A program made the translations under genes and the position numbers. 64,000 bases of DNA from Eledone cirrhosa (taxonomy: Eukaryota), in NCBI GenBank assembly GCA_964016885.1, contig OZ024750.1, positions 46,376,001-46,440,000 on the forward strand. The letters are read 5' to 3'. The notes under the pieces are model-generated. The model was not told where the DNA came from. It ran no database searches and saw only the letters and a program-made list of their open reading frames with translations. Below are positions 28,960 through 45,283 of this stretch, one piece after another. Every line of letters starts with the position of its first letter. The first letter of the stretch is position 1.

Positions 28960-30845
28960 TATAATGACTCCCATAGGAAGATGGTATGGATGGACCAAAG
29001 CCATATAGACACCCGAAAACAATGATCAGGTGAAAAAAATGGTCACACATGCACTATGGGCTAGTGTTAAAACTACTCTAAAGGGCCATATGTTTAATTT
29101 AATAAAAAGATCTACATCCAGAACGAGGGAGCAGTCATGTTGCCAGTCTATTTATGGTATGGTGGGAGAGGAGACTCAGAGAACTCCTTGAAGAGAACTC
29201 CATGGCCCTCGTCATGTACCCTCGTTACGTAGACGATATTAATATAATAAGAACACCCCCACAAGAGAGTACTAATAAACACGAATTAGAAAATAGCACA
29301 ATGGAGAGCATCCAGCAGATAGCTAACTCCATACACCAGAGTATAATTTAACTGTTGACTACCCTTCCAAACACCCTAACAATAGACTACCAGTATTAGA
29401 CAGGGAACTCTGGATTAACACTATAGACGAGAGGGCACAAATTCTCCACTATGCTAAACCCATGGCCTCGAAATACCTGATACTCAAAAACTCAGTAATG
29501 TCCAATAGTGCTAAGTTTAATATTCTGATCGCAGACTTGGTACGAGTGATGAAGAATGTGTCCCGCATGTGCGACCCAACAGAAATGGAAAGACACATCC
29601 AACACTTCATCAATCGTATGCAGTTCTCTGGCTACAATCAAAGAGACAGAATCAGAGTATACAAAGGAGCCAAGGAGAAATATAAGACCCTCATAGAAAT
29701 GGACATGAAAGAAATTTGCCCATTGTGCAGGACCAAATCATGGAATAGCTCAGATAGGACTAAACATAAGATAGGGAAAGCCACTTCATGGTACGACAAC
29801 CAGAGATATCAGAGTGTCATGTTCGTGGATGCTACCCCTGGAGAGAAATTAGCTAAACAGTGTAGAAAGGCCATAAAAAAGACCCATCTAAAGATGGGTA
29901 GAAAAGGCAGGAACTACCATAACATTCCTGATCAGCAAGACATACCCCTTTAAGAAAAGCCATTGTACAAATAAGAAATGAGTTATATGTAAAATGAACT
30001 CCCAGATAAATTGTAAAACTAGAAATGTAGTCTATAGCATAAGATGTACAGAGGGTACTTGCAGAAACATGACAATGATATACATAGGTGAGACAGCTCG
30101 AACCATAGGAGAAAGAATAGGCCAAAACAGGGGGGGAACTAAAAGGCCAAAAAACGGTTCAGTGCTATATGAACACGCCAGACAAAGATATGACGGTAAT
30201 ATAGACAACATGGTCATTAAAATAATATGTAAGCAAAGAAATGACTCAACCGGTAGGCAAATCAGAGAAGCAACTGAGATAGAACTAAGATGACCGAAGT
30301 TGAACAGAAAGAACGAATGGAATAGCAACAACAACCATACCCAAAAGGGATAAATAAATAAATAAATAAATAAATAAATGAAAAAATAAATAAATATATA
30401 CACAACTACAATAACAACAAAACACATATAAACACACACTAGTGAACAAATATAGAATACAAAAACAAAAACACATACACTCAAACGCGAACACACACCA
30501 AATATTAAACACACGCAAACTCATGCGCGCAGAGACAGAGACAAGAATAAATAAATAAATAGATTAAATTAAAATGGCGTAGACATACAATGCAATAAAA
30601 TAGGAGGAAACATAATAGTACCACTGATGATGTCGCAAATGTGTTACGAAAGAACTTTGATATACTATATATATATATATTTATATCTGTATTTTTAACC
30701 GTTGTTCAATCAATGATAAACATTGATTGCCAAAGCAATTAACTGTGGAGATATAAAAGATACAGAAGCCAACCAAACAGTGAGTGTGTTCTGTTATTAT
30801 TTCTGGCAATATTATAACAATATGACCCTCCCCAAGTATAACTAT
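28960..30845 (+). mobile_element. Decayed Penelope-like retroelement (RT + C-terminal GIY-YIG endonuclease + 3' pseudo-LTR)
   Basis: Frameshifted ORF pieces: YPRYVDD (29154-29351), thumb KPMAS...RMQFSGY (29462-29953), and CKTRNVVYSIRC...IYIGETAR...RQIREATEI (29994-30293). A hammerhead motif follows downstream at 30624. Confidence 0.85.
30616..30668 (+). ncRNA. Degenerate hammerhead motif in the PLE 3' pseudo-LTR (family B)
   Basis: TAGTACCA-CTGATGA-tgtcgcaaatgtgttac-GAAA-GAACTT, homologous to 17885-17935. Confidence 0.55.
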
Positions 30846-30890
30846 ATTTGTTTCGACACACGATTTCATATCAAAAACCTTGGAAATCAA

Positions 30891-31005
<115 letters not shown>

Positions 31006-31289
31006 GAGAGAGAGCTTCCGTTAACAGTATCTTTCAAATTTCATATCGTGTCTACCCGCAAAATATTACTACTAATTGATGTTTTTCATCTCATTAAGAT
31101 ATATTTTTACAATCGTCAGAGAAGTCAACAAGTGTGTGTTGTCTGACCTAATTGTACACCACACTCTACACTTGATATGATTTGTTGTTTTTTTACACAT
31201 ATACACACACCAACACTCACACACATATATATATGTATATATATACATATATATATATATGTATATATATATACATATACACACCCACA

Positions 31290-31372
<83 letters not shown>

Positions 31373-31971
31373 CAAATATGTAAAGCAGAATTGGTATTTA
31401 AAATTTGAACATATGAAAAATTAAACTTAGAAGTAACGTCAACAATCTCTGGCGTTATAAATGAGGACGAAAATCAACTTCCGGTTGATAGAGTGCTAAA
31501 TTATCAACTTCTCGGTATATTATAACCTTATTATACCCTTTATTAGTCGTGAGATAAATTACTATCTCTGAGCTCCCGCTTCATATACCATATCAAATAT
31601 AGATATATACTTTGATAAATTTCAGATAAAAACATAATTATATGAAAAATTATATAAAGAACTCTAATAATTTGTTTTTATGTATTACGTTTATTTTTGA
31701 CAATTATAATAGACACAGTTAAACACACACACACACACACACGCACGCACGCACGCACACGCACACACACACATATACGCACACACACACACACGCACGC
31801 ACACGCACACATATACGCACACACACACACATACGCACGCACACGCACGCACGTACGCACATACACACACACACACACACGCACGCACACACACGCACGC
31901 ACACGCACGCACACACACACATACGCACACACACAGGCGCAAACACACACACACACGCACGCACATGCACG

Positions 31972-32055
<84 letters not shown>

Positions 32056-32848
32056 GAATCACACATAAACAAACATATAGCAGAGACAAACGCAATCACA
32101 CGTATATACATATAGACATCTCGTTTCTTACTTTATGTTCGTGGCTTTTTATGGAAAATCATTGAAAAGTAAAGGAAAAAGAATCGTTGGTAGATAAGAA
32201 GGTAAATATATACATAGAGGTATATATAAATATATAGTTACATTACATATGTGAATGTGAGGATGTATACATACACACACATTCACACATGCTCACACTT
32301 ACACACACACACTCATATAAATGATACACGAACTGGAAAAGTAACCGGAGGAGAGATAGGGAGGGCGAGAGAAATGAGAATGGCTACGGTTGCCTTTTCG
32401 CTCCCAATTAATTTACAACTTTGTTAGGTTTCCCGGTTCATTACATATAACCAGTTTGGTACACTAGTCCCTATGTGAGGTTAGTTAGTAAGGGTTTCTC
32501 GAAAAAGCACCCGAATATATATAAATAGCAATAATACAAATGATAATATTATTAATTAATGAATTAGATGAAAGTTATATATAAATATACAAATATTATA
32601 TATTTTGAATAAATACATGAAAATTATAGATGAAAGAGCGGTGGGAGAATATGATACCAACTGTTATGGTGGTTATTAAAAGTGGGCTGGTTTGGCAGAA
32701 TCGTTTAGATCGTCTAACAAAATACCTCGTGGTGTTTATTTAAGGATCTTTACTTACTGAGTTCTAATAACGTCAAATTCAACTTGCCATTTTGTCCTTT
32801 GGGGAGAGATATATTAAAGTACCATTTAAGTACTGGTGTCGATTAGAT

Positions 32849-34169
32849 CAGCGGTCACCAACCGGTGGTCCGAGAGAACATTTTGGTGGTCTGCAGATAT
32901 ATGTGGACATTAATTGCAATTTTTATGTTTTATCTATATATATAAAACTGTGGTTGTCTGTCTGTCTATCGATTTTTGGCACACATCTCCTCTTAGAATC
33001 TCTCACGGAATTGCACCGAAATTGCTATACTTGTACATTGAGCCCTAGCGAAGACATCGGAAAAAAAAACATTTCAAATTGACCCACCCTATGTGACGAA
33101 ATCGAATATAATGTATCGATTTTTGAGCGTAAGTTATCAGTTATTTCCCTTTGTTCTGTTTACATTGAGCGTCTTACGTAAAAAATTACGCTGGCTTTCT
33201 CAGCGTTTAAAATGACATTAACACAATACACGAACAGTTGTCGAGCCAGCAAAATATTGACCTGCAAAATTCATCAGTTCGAACACTAAGCTTCCGTTTT
33301 GCTTCATTTCCATTTAAAAGCATTTTAAAACAATATTTTTACTTGAAAACAAGTCTATTTAAAGACTACGTAAAACAAGCAAATATTTCGTCGTTAGGCG
33401 TGCAGACAGACAGTCGTGCAGACAGACAGTCGTGCAGAGAAGTGATATACGCGTGCAGACAGACAGTCGTGCAGAGAGGTGATATAGGCGTGCAGACAGA
33501 CAGTCGTGCAGAGAGGTGATATAGGCGTGCAGACAGACAGTCGTGCAGAGAGGTGATATAGGCGTGCAGACAGACATAACTGATAATTTGGTTACGCTAA
33601 TGTTTTTCTCTGCGTTGCAGTGTTTACATTTTCGATCTTTGTTAATAAATAACCAGTGCAGTTTCTATCCCCAGCATCCTCTTTTGTTATAACATTCGGG
33701 TTATCGTTGTGTTTTCTTAACTTCATAAGGCATATTGTTGGTTGCGGGAATATTAATCAAAAACACCACATGCAAGTCTGCACAGTAGACACTACAGTTT
33801 TTAAGCCAAGAAAGAAACTTAACATTGTAACTTTAACACAGCTACTGAGCGACCCCGAGCAACGCCGGGCTTTACTGCTACTTAATGATAAAACAAAAAT
33901 GGTATTAGGTTAAAATATATTCTATAATACAGATAAAAATTGTTTTTCTTCAGTAAAGAACTAACATCCATGAAATAATTTTACACATATGTATCATCTA
34001 TCAACAATATTATACACGTACGCTTCAATATTGTTTAATGAAATGGAAGTTCTCTGATCATTATTTTACAAATATATTTATCTTTTTAAAAAGATAAATA
34101 TTAAAGGTCCGCAGGATTTAAAATTATGAATTTAATGGTCCGTGAGGTCCGAAAGTTTGGCGACCGTTA
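32849..34169. mobile_element. hAT-type non-autonomous element with 8-bp TSD
   Basis: TIRs CAGCGGTCACCAA / TTGGCGACCGTTA. Exact GATTAGAT lies at 32841-32848 and 34170-34177. The element splits an old SINE. Confidence 0.8.
32933..33881 (+). mobile_element. Non-autonomous Helitron-like element inside the hAT element
   Basis: A|TCTATATATATAAAA...(GTCT)n 5' end and CCCGagcaacgCCGGG hairpin + CTAC|T 3' end. It carries an internal 37-bp tandem repeat (33400-33575). Confidence 0.7.
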
Positions 34170-36946
34170 GATTAGATTAACTGTTTTGTCGTTTTAAAAT
34201 ATCTGGACTTGTACCTAAATAAAATGGATTGCGAAAATCATCTCATACTCGTCAACAAATGACTTACGTTAACTTTTCCGGGGTAGTATGTTGTGGTTTC
34301 AGATCAGTGCTTTCTTCCAGGAGTCAATGAAATAATGTAACAGACTAGTCGGTGTATTGATTTAATCGATTAACCCTTCTCCCCAAAATATCTGGCTATG
34401 AATCTGTGTGGGCATTACATAATAATTACATTAATTTTATTGACTTTTAATTGAGGTTTTCTCCGAATTCCATGGACGTGTGACTGTGTACGAAATAATC
34501 ACTATTATGATGTTGGTTTTGAGAGTAGCCAAGTAGAAAATATAGAACCTCTGATTAAATGCTTAACTTAACACTGTTTAACTTCATCTTTCTCAGTATG
34601 AATCACGACCTATTGCTGAATATTTTGGCATATTTATCATCAAACTCGTCATTAAAAGAAGGCCGGAATCTATCATATTGTAAACTATAATGTGATATTG
34701 AAGTAAACGAGAATACAACGTTTGATGTTGTCTTTCAACAAGAAAGCACACGCAAAAACCAACCAAATTATTGATTAAAAAATAAATTTGCTTTTGAAAA
34801 TATTCCCGTCAACATTTACATAATATTCGTCGCTGTGTAACACAGCCATCTGTCGTTTGAATGTTTTTAGCTGCATGCTCGTTATTGCAAGCATCCGGAC
34901 TAGGCTTTTAATGTGAAATTATATTATTTCCTTCTTCCCACGTGTCCCAGGGGCCCTGAAAGGTGACCTTAGTTTTGCCCTTACTCATTCAATTAAGCTA
35001 TTAACAAAAAACAAAAATCAAAATGAATGCAATGTCTTAATATATATCCCTTGCTAACCAACTCGAAATTATTATTGGCAGAGTAAATAGGGCGGTGGAT
35101 CGGCAGTATCGGACGCCATGCTTTCCAGCATAGTTACGTCCCTTTACGATCTGAGTTCAAATCCCGCCGAGGTTGACTTTGCCTTTCATCCTTACGGGGT
35201 CGATAAAATAAAATACCAGTAATGCACTGGATAATTGCTGGCCTTGTGCCAAAAGTAGAAACAATTAATATTATTATTGTTGTTATTATTATTATTTTAT
35301 TTCTTCATTGTTAAATTAGACTTGCCAGTGTGCACTTTTACTCACCTTATTGTAAACCCCACTGTCCCTGTCTTTGTATTGTCCCCTACATATCGGTCCT
35401 TGTGGCTAATGAATGAAATCATTATGTGGATTGGCAGTATTGGTAGAGGGTCGGACGCCATGCTTTGACGTATAGAGTTATGGCCCTTGCCATTCTGAGT
35501 TCAAATCCCGCCAAGGTTAACTTTGCCTTTCATCCTTACGGGGTCGATAAAATAAAGTACCAGTAATGTACTGGGTAATTGCTGGTCTTGTGCCAAACGT
35601 AGAAACAATTATTATTATTATTATTATTATACTTCCTCTCCCCCCCCCCACCCTCCTCCTCCTCCTCCTTCTTCTTCTTCTTCTTCGCCCACTTATTCCT
35701 GAGAGGGTCGTGGCAGCGTCCCCCAAAACTCCCTCCAACTGGTCCTGTCAGATCCCCAAACATAACCAGGCAATCTCATGTAAGTTATCCAACTACCTTA
35801 CTCGGGGTCTACCTTATTCCTCTTGTAAAATACCTTACATTTACGCCTGTCTATGAAATACGCAACTATTTACATGTTAATTGACGAATCGATGGAACAG
35901 CATGAATGTTCTTCGTCGAAAATGACGGAGAATCCATCATGATTGTATACTGAAAATATATTTGTTTATATATAATTGTTTCTACTTTTGGCACAAGGCC
36001 AGCAATTATCTAGTGCATTACTGGTACTTTATTTTATTGACTCCGTACGGACGAAAGGCAAAGTTAAACTTGGCGGGATTTGAACTCAGAACATAAAGGG
36101 ACGTAACTCTATGCTGGAAAGCATGGCGTCCGACGCTCTACCGATACTGCCAATCCACCGCCATAATTTGTTTATATGTAATGGATATGTAATGGTTTCT
36201 TATATAGGCACAAGGCCAGTAATTTGGGGGGAGGGGAAAGTCGATTAAATCGACCCCAGTGCGTGACTGGTACTTTATTTTATCGACCCCGTAAGGATGA
36301 AAAGCAAAGTTAACCTCGGCGGGATTTGAGCTCAGATCATAAAGAGCCGTAACTCTATGCTGCAAAGCATGGCGTCTTACCCTCTACCCATACTGCCAAT
36401 CCACCGCCCTAATTTGTTTATATATAATAAAATATAACTGTCGATTCTCAACTGTATCTTGCAACTCTTTAAATGTGTCGCATAATTAAGTCAAATCGGA
36501 TCAAATTTTACAAATAATTTGTTAGTGAACTTTGTTTCAGAACAGACAGCGTCTGTTTACAATTAGATATGTACGTGATTGGTGACGCGTGATTTCTTAT
36601 TTAATTTTTTAATTATTAATTTCGTTAATTTTGTGTCACTAACAAAAATTAATTAAAGTGTCACGTAAAAAGTGTGTCGTTTAATGTAAAAAAGCTTGGG
36701 AAGATTAGGTCTAGAGAATCATAAATAAATATAGCCTTCAGCCACGTGATAATGGAATTCATGTTCTTCACCGATTAATGTCAGAGAAGAATGAAACCAA
36801 AAAACTGAATCTATCAAGACCACCCACGTTCTGCTCAAAGTGATTTATTTCGGTATACTAAATAATAGAATTCATAGCATGGTTTAGTGTTTATATATAT
36901 ATATATGTGTGTGTGTATATATATATATATAGAGAGAGAGAGGTAG

Positions 36947-37036
<90 letters not shown>

Positions 37037-37166
37037 GCAAAAGTTCTATTTAAATTGTTGGGATACAACAAGCAAATATTTTTATAACTGATATAAACCA
37101 CTCATCAAGTATTTGGAGTAAACATACGATATTAACAAATAGAAACTATATTTATAAAACCATATT

Positions 37167-37231
37167 TATTTTATTATACATATTTCAAGGGCACCAAGTT
37201 AAATTATGGTGTGCTTTCATCAGACAAAATA
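37167..37231 (-). ncRNA. Type I hammerhead ribozyme motif, family A (cassette 37037-37310)
   Basis: Minus strand reads TATTTTGT-CTGATGA-AAGcaCACC...GGTGccCTT-GAAA-TATGTA-TA^-ATAAAATA. Confidence 0.78.
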
Positions 37232-37324
37232 TAATATAGATCAGTTTTATAAATAAATATTGACATACCCTTAAAAAATGCAACCATTAAAAAATGCAAC
37301 CATTACTATTATATATATATATAT

Positions 37325-37459
37325 ATAATAAAGTATGTCCATAGAATCATTTGATAAAATATGCCTTGTTTAATTGGTTTTTTATGTGGTTGATTATGCT
37401 GATTGGGAGAGATGGTGTATAAATGTTATCAAATGATTCTATGGACATACTTTATTGTG
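37325..37459. repeat. Small inverted repeat (~30-bp arms) between TA runs
   Basis: aataaagtatgtccatagaatcatttgataa ... ttatcaaatgattctatggacatactttatt. Confidence 0.8.
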
Positions 37460-37478
37460 TATATACACACACACACAT

Positions 37479-37532
<54 letters not shown>

Positions 37533-38161
37533 TATATATATACAAATATATATAAATATATATATTTATATTTACTTATATATGTATGTATATGCGTGAG
37601 AGAGAGTGAGAAAGAGTGAAAGAGAGGGTGACAGAGAGAAATACAGCGGGTGGAGGGTAATAAAAAGAGGAGAAGTGTGTGGGTGTTTGTGTCTTGGTGA
37701 ATCTACGAAACATTGGAAAATTTGAAATTATTGTCGCCACAATGTAGATAACTGTAATAAATAAAATGTTAAACCAAACAGGTTTAACCATTAAACACGA
37801 AACATCTGAGGAGTAACGCCCCCGGGGAAACTTAATGTCATCCCCAATGTTACACAAACCATTTAACTAATCTATATTTAACAAGTATTATTACAATTAT
37901 CTGCATGAAGGCGGTAGGATTGCAGTATGGCTAGAGCGTCGGAAAACATGTTTTTTGGCATATTGTTACGTTCCTCTAAGATCTCCGGGGTTTTCTTTAC
38001 CTTTCATCTCTACGAGGTCGACAAAATAAAGTACCAGCCACGCACTGGGGTCGATTTAATCGACTTTCCCCTCCCCACAAACTTTATGGCTTTGGGCCTG
38101 AATCAGAAACCAATATGTACACTATACTCTGGAATATCACCCTCTTTCCCCCTTTTCTCTT

Positions 38162-38226
<65 letters not shown>

Positions 38227-38267
38227 ATGTGTGTGTGTGTGTGTGTCTGTGTGTGTGTGTGCACCCT

Positions 38268-38450
38268 GGTTTCAATTTGGGGTAACCGCAGTAAGTAAGG
38301 TACTCAATGCATAGTAGAGTATATCATATTTTATATAATGTCTTCTAAAGGACTAGAGCTTCTTCATTCAAAGGAAATCCTCATGAAAGACCGATGATTT
38401 CCTTCGAATGAAACAGGTCTAATCCTGTAGAAGCCATTTCTGTAATTATA
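38268..38450. mobile_element. Older diverged fold-back cassette with hammerhead 3' half
   Basis: aatgtcttctaaaggactagagcttcttcattc approximately mirrors gaatGAAACAGGtctaatCCTGTAgaagccatt. The left tail resembles the family C tail. Confidence 0.6.
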
Positions 38451-38461
38451 TATATATTTCT

Positions 38462-38570
<109 letters not shown>

Positions 38571-38582
38571 GTAGATATTTCT

Positions 38583-38816
<234 letters not shown>

Positions 38817-38837
38817 ATATATATATATGTATGTTTG

Positions 38838-38998
<161 letters not shown>

Positions 38999-39559
38999 CA
39001 TAAATAAATAAATATATATACATATATATATATTACATAAATAAATAAATATATATATACATATATATATATATTTATATGTATCTATGCAAGTATATAT
39101 ATATATATACTTCATATTCAGTAATTGATTTGTTTATTCATCTTGTTTAATATATTTATTTTCTTATTTATGATATTTCTCCCACCAACATGGTTGGCAT
39201 TTATTCCGGTAACGGGGAGGGACATATAAGTAGTTATCTCGCGTGCCAAATGCTAAACACACACACACTTACACTTACACACACATAATGCATACACACA
39301 TACAATGCTTACATACATACATACATACATACACACACTCGTAACCACACATACACATATACATACAAATAACTCAATTTTCCTCCCACTACACAAACAC
39401 ACACACATACACGAACAGCTACAAATACATAAACATAGATTCACAGGGATATATACACATATACACACACGTGCAACAACAAACACAGTGAGACCTATAT
39501 ATACATATACACAACGTCATACAGACATATAGATACATTGAGTCACACATAGACAACAA

Positions 39560-42140
39560 CGCAATATATATACACTCATACACACCAACGCAATATATAT
39601 ACACTCATACACACCAACGCAATATATATACACTCATACACACCAACGCATTATATATACACTCATACACACCAAAGCATTATATATACATATTCATATA
39701 CACACACATATACATCACCAAATTCTGTACACACACATATACATCACCGAATTATATACATACATATACACCACACAATTCTACATACACACATATACAC
39801 CACCGAATTATATATACACACATATACACCACAACATTCTATATACACACATATACACCACCGCATTATATACACACACATATACACCACCGAATTATGT
39901 ATACACACATATACACCACCAAATTATATATACACACATATACACTACCAAATTCCATACACACACATATACACCACCGCATTATGTACACACACATATA
40001 TACCACAAAATTATATACACACATATACACCACCGAATTATACACACACATATACACCACAAAATTATATATACATATATATACACCATCAAATTCTATA
40101 CACACACATATACACCACAAAATTATATACACACATATACACCACCGCATTATATGCACACACATATACACCACCAAATTCTATACACACACACATATAC
40201 ACCACCAAATTCTATACACACACACATATACACCACCAAATTCTATACACACGCACACATATACACCACCAAATTATATATACACACACATATACACCAC
40301 CAAATTATATATACACACACATATACACCACCAAATTATATATACACACATATATACACGCTAACCGTTTCCTATAATTTTCTATTAACACCAAATCATA
40401 CGGTAAAGTAAGTTAGTATGTTTAACTGAATGAAATACCATTAGAGTCCCCCCACCTTTGTCTGTCCACTCATACCTGCCAACTCTACCATTACTAAAAT
40501 CAACACCACTACCACTACTAGCACCACTACCACCATTATCACTACTATCACTACTACCACCACTACCACCACTACCACCATTACTACCATTATCACTGCG
40601 ATCACTACTACCACCACTACTACCACCAGTACCACCATTATCACTACTATCACTACTATCACTACTACTACCACTACCACCACCAGTATTACCATTATCA
40701 CTGTTATCACTACTACTACCACCACTACCACCACTACCACCATTACTACCATTATCACTGCTATCACTACTACCACCACTACCACCACTACCACCATTAC
40801 TACCATTATCACTGCTATCACTACTACTACCACTACCACTACCAGTACCACCATTATCACTGCTATCACTACTACCACCACTACCACCACCAGTACCACC
40901 ATTATCACTGCTATCACTACTACCACCAGTACTACCACCAGTACAACCATTATCACTACTATCACTACTACCACCATTGTCACTACTATCACTACTACCA
41001 CCACTACCACCATTATCACTACTACAACCACTACCACCACTACCACCACTACCACCATTACCAACATTGTCACTACTATCACTACTACCACCACCACTAC
41101 CACAAACACCTACACCAACACCACCATTACCACCACCAACACCAACACCAACACCACCATCACCACCCTCACCAACACCACCACCAACACCACCACCACC
41201 AACACCTACACGAACACCACCACCAACACCACCACCACCACCACCAACACCACCACCAACACCACCACCACCAACACCTACACGAACACCACCACCAACA
41301 CCACCACCACCACCAACAACACCACCACCAACACCACCACCACCTACACCTACACGAACACCACCACCACCACCAACACCACCACCAACACCACCACCAC
41401 CTACACGAACACCACCACCGCCACCAACACCTACACGAACACCACCACCACCACCAACACCACCACCACCACCAACACCACCACCAACACCACCACCAAC
41501 ACCACCACCACCAACACCTACACGAACACCACCACCACCAACACCACCACCAACACCACCACCACCAACACCTACACGAACACCAGCACTACCACCAACA
41601 CCTACACGAACACCACCACCGCCACCAACACCTACACGAACACCACCACCACCAACACCACCACCACCACCAACACCTACACGAACACCAGCACTACCAC
41701 CAACACCTACACGAACACCACCACCGCCACCAACACCTACACGAACACCACCACCACCAACACCACCACCGCCACCAACACCTACACGAACACCACCACC
41801 ACCACCACCAACACCACCACCAACACCACCACCACCTACACGAACACCACCACCGCCACCAACACCTACACGAACACCACCACCACCACCAACACCACCA
41901 CCACCAACACCACCAACACCTACACGAACACCACCACCACCACCAACACCACCACCAACACCACCACCACCACCAACACCACCACCAACACCACCACCAC
42001 CACCTACACGAACACCACCACCAACACCACCAACACCACCACCACCACCAACACCACCACCACCATCACCAACACCACCACCACCACCACCACCACCACC
42101 ACCATCACCACCAACACCACCACCACTACTAACAACAACT
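39560..42140. repeat. CA-rich minisatellites followed by ACT/ACC trinucleotide arrays
   Basis: Direct inspection. This is the source of the spurious 569-589 aa Gly/Pro/Val ORFs. Confidence 0.93.
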
Positions 42141-42449
42141 ATAACGACAGCCAAGCTAACACTTTAACCAACCAATTACCCTACAAGAACATTCGTCACC
42201 ACTGAACTACTTACCAGATTGACACTAAGTCTACGGACCCTGTTCATGAACGCTGACTCTCTAGCACCGCACCAACTCTAAAAGCATCACTGCCGACACC
42301 ACCACCAACACCACCACCACCACCACCATCACCATCGTCTGTCACTAACTCTAACAATAAACAATGTATAACTATTATCACTATTTCACCAGCAGTCCTT
42401 TTTCTTCTCGGTTAGTGCTTTTAATGGAGATTTATTATTAAGTCGTGAG

Positions 42450-43540
42450 GGTCGGTGGATTGCCAGTATTGGTAGAGGGTCAGACGCCATGCTTTCCAGC
42501 ATAGTTACGTCCCTTTACGATCTGAGTTGAAATCCCGCCGAGGTTGACTTTGCCTTTCATCCTTACGGGGTCGATCAAATAAAGTACCAGTAATGCACTG
42601 GGATAATTGATGGCCTTGTGCCAAAAGTAGAAACAATTATCGGTAGAGGGGCGGACACCATGCTTTGCAGCATAGAGTTACGGCCCTTGCCATTCTCAGT
42701 TCAAATCCCGCCGAGGTTAACATTGCCTTTCATCCTTACGGGGTCGATAAAATAAAGTACCAGTAATGTACTGGGTAATTGCTGGCCTTGTGCCAAAAAG
42801 TAGAAACAATTATTTTATGTGTGGTGGATTGGCAGTACCGGTAGAGCGTCAGACGCCATTCTTTGACGCATAGAGTTACGGCCCTTGCCATTCTGAGTTC
42901 AAATCCCGCCTAGGTTAACTTTGCCTTTCATCCTTACGGGGTCGATAAAATAAAGTACCAGTAATGTACTGGATAATTGCTGGCCTTGTGCCAACAGTAG
43001 AAACAATCATATGTCGTGAAGGTCAGTAGATTGGCAATATTGGCTGAGCATCGGTCAACATGCTTTGTGGCAGAGGGTTACGTCCCTTTACGATCTGAGT
43101 TCAAATCCTGCCGAGGTTAGCTTTGCCTTTCATTCTTACGGATTCGATAAAATAAAGTACCAGTCATGTACTGGTGTCGATTTAATCGACTTTCCCCTCC
43201 CCTAAACGTGCTGGCCTTGTGCCTATAGTAGAAATCATTCTAAGGGGGTCGATAAAATAAAGTACCAGTAATGGACTAGGTCGATTTAATCGGTTGTTCC
43301 CCTCCCCCCAAATTGTTGCCGTTGTGCCTAAATCAGAAACAAATATTGGTTGAGCGCCGGACAACATGCTTTGTAGCATATAGTTACGGCCCTTTGTCCT
43401 GAGTTCAAATCACATTAAGGTGAATTTTGCTTTTCATTCGTCTGGGCTCGGTAAAATAATGTACCAGAAAGTACGGGGGTGGATGTAATCGACCTCTTCT
43501 TGTCCCCCAAATATCTGGCCCTGTGCCTAAATTAGAAAAT
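42450..43540 (+). mobile_element. Head-to-tail array of ~6 SINEs
   Basis: Consecutive copies of the same SINE separated by only a few bases. Confidence 0.88.
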
Positions 43541-45283
43541 CTTGCTAGTAAGAGAGAAAGAGGGGAGGGAGAGTATCAGACAAACAGTTAGAGCAATGAC
43601 ACAGTGTGGCTATGTAACGGAGATATAGTGCCTGAGAATTAATGATTGTATGATTGTGTTTTGTTGGCAGTAATAATGGGTGTTTACAGATAGATAATAT
43701 TTATTTACTATATATTTATTTAACCAATTTAAACGTCCATGTAGAGCTGGTAAGCCATGATAGACGGCGAAATATAATACCCTGTAGTTAAATATAAAAC
43801 AAACATAAAAGAGAGAGGGGGGGGGAAGAAAGGTACAAAGGGCGTTTGGAGGAGTAAAATAAGAAGAAAAAAAACGCTGAAAAACAAGGGAAGCTTTATA
43901 GCAGTTAAATGATATTGTTGTATATTTTCGTTGGCTCCATGAATTGGAAGACCTTGTTTTCGATTGCCAGGCCACCCTTGATAGATTCTGAAAGGCCAGC
44001 TTCAACATTATATGATTCCAATGCACTCTACTAGTCTTAAACGTTTCACGATTTAATAGAGGTTTGGGCTCCTACTGTCCACTGCTCTGAGCTTAGTACA
44101 TGTTACCAAGACCCCAAGTACATAACTGGTACTTTATTCTATCGATCATGAAAGAATGAAAATCAAATTACAATATTGCAGGATCTGAATATTGCCGCTC
44201 TATCGATTCTATCAATATATCACCCCACCATTTTACCTACACTATTAACACAACATCCAACAATATGGCCACTGCCATAAAATATTTATTTAATAAATTT
44301 CAACCTCCGTATGGAGCTGGTGAGACATGAAGACAGAGAAACCTATCTAATAAACTTCATAATTAATAAATAAAAATGAGAGAGAGAAAGAGAGGGTGAA
44401 AAAAGAAAGAAAGAATGTGTATGAGGGGTGCAAAAGACACAAAAATTAGAAAAATTTGAAAATGACGGACAGCTACTGAAGAGGTAAATGTTTGTTATTG
44501 AATCTTTTTCTGTAACCTCCATGTAATGGGAAAAAATCTGTGTTTTGTTGTCCATTGAAAATATATTGTACTCCCACTCTGGCTGGCCATTTAATATCAA
44601 TTTCTCTTAGACTGGTTGTTTTACATTCCAACAAATAATACCGTATGGCTTCAGGTTAGTTTCCACAAGAATATAACACACACACGCATGCTCATATAAA
44701 TACACACACATCACACATACACAAGCACAAGGATATAACACACACAAAACACACACACACGCATGCTCATATAAATACACACGCATCACACATACACATA
44801 CACAAGCACAGACAAATACACACACAAAACACACACACATGCATACTCATATAAATACACACACATCACATACACAAGCACAGACAAACACACATACGCA
44901 TGCTCATATAAATACACACACAACACACATCACACACATGCACAAGCACAGACAAATACACACACAAAACACACACACACGCATTCGCATATAAATACAC
45001 TCACCACACATCACACACACATGCACAAGCACAGACAAATGCAAACACAAAACACACACACACGCATGCTCATATAAATACACACATCACACATCACACA
45101 GATACACAAGCACATACAAATACACACACACTCATATATATATGTATATACATATTCTTTCTTTTGTGTGCTTATGAGCGAATATGCGTGTATCTGTGTG
45201 TGTATATATTTGTTCTTGTATGTGCAACTGTGTGCCCACGCAAGTGTATATATTTATATATACGGTATATATTGTATATATGT

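Noticed and set aside
40385-42167. 569-589 aa Gly-rich and extensin-like ORFs
   Set aside because: ACC/GGT arrays are open in several frames on both strands, with no splice or domain evidence.
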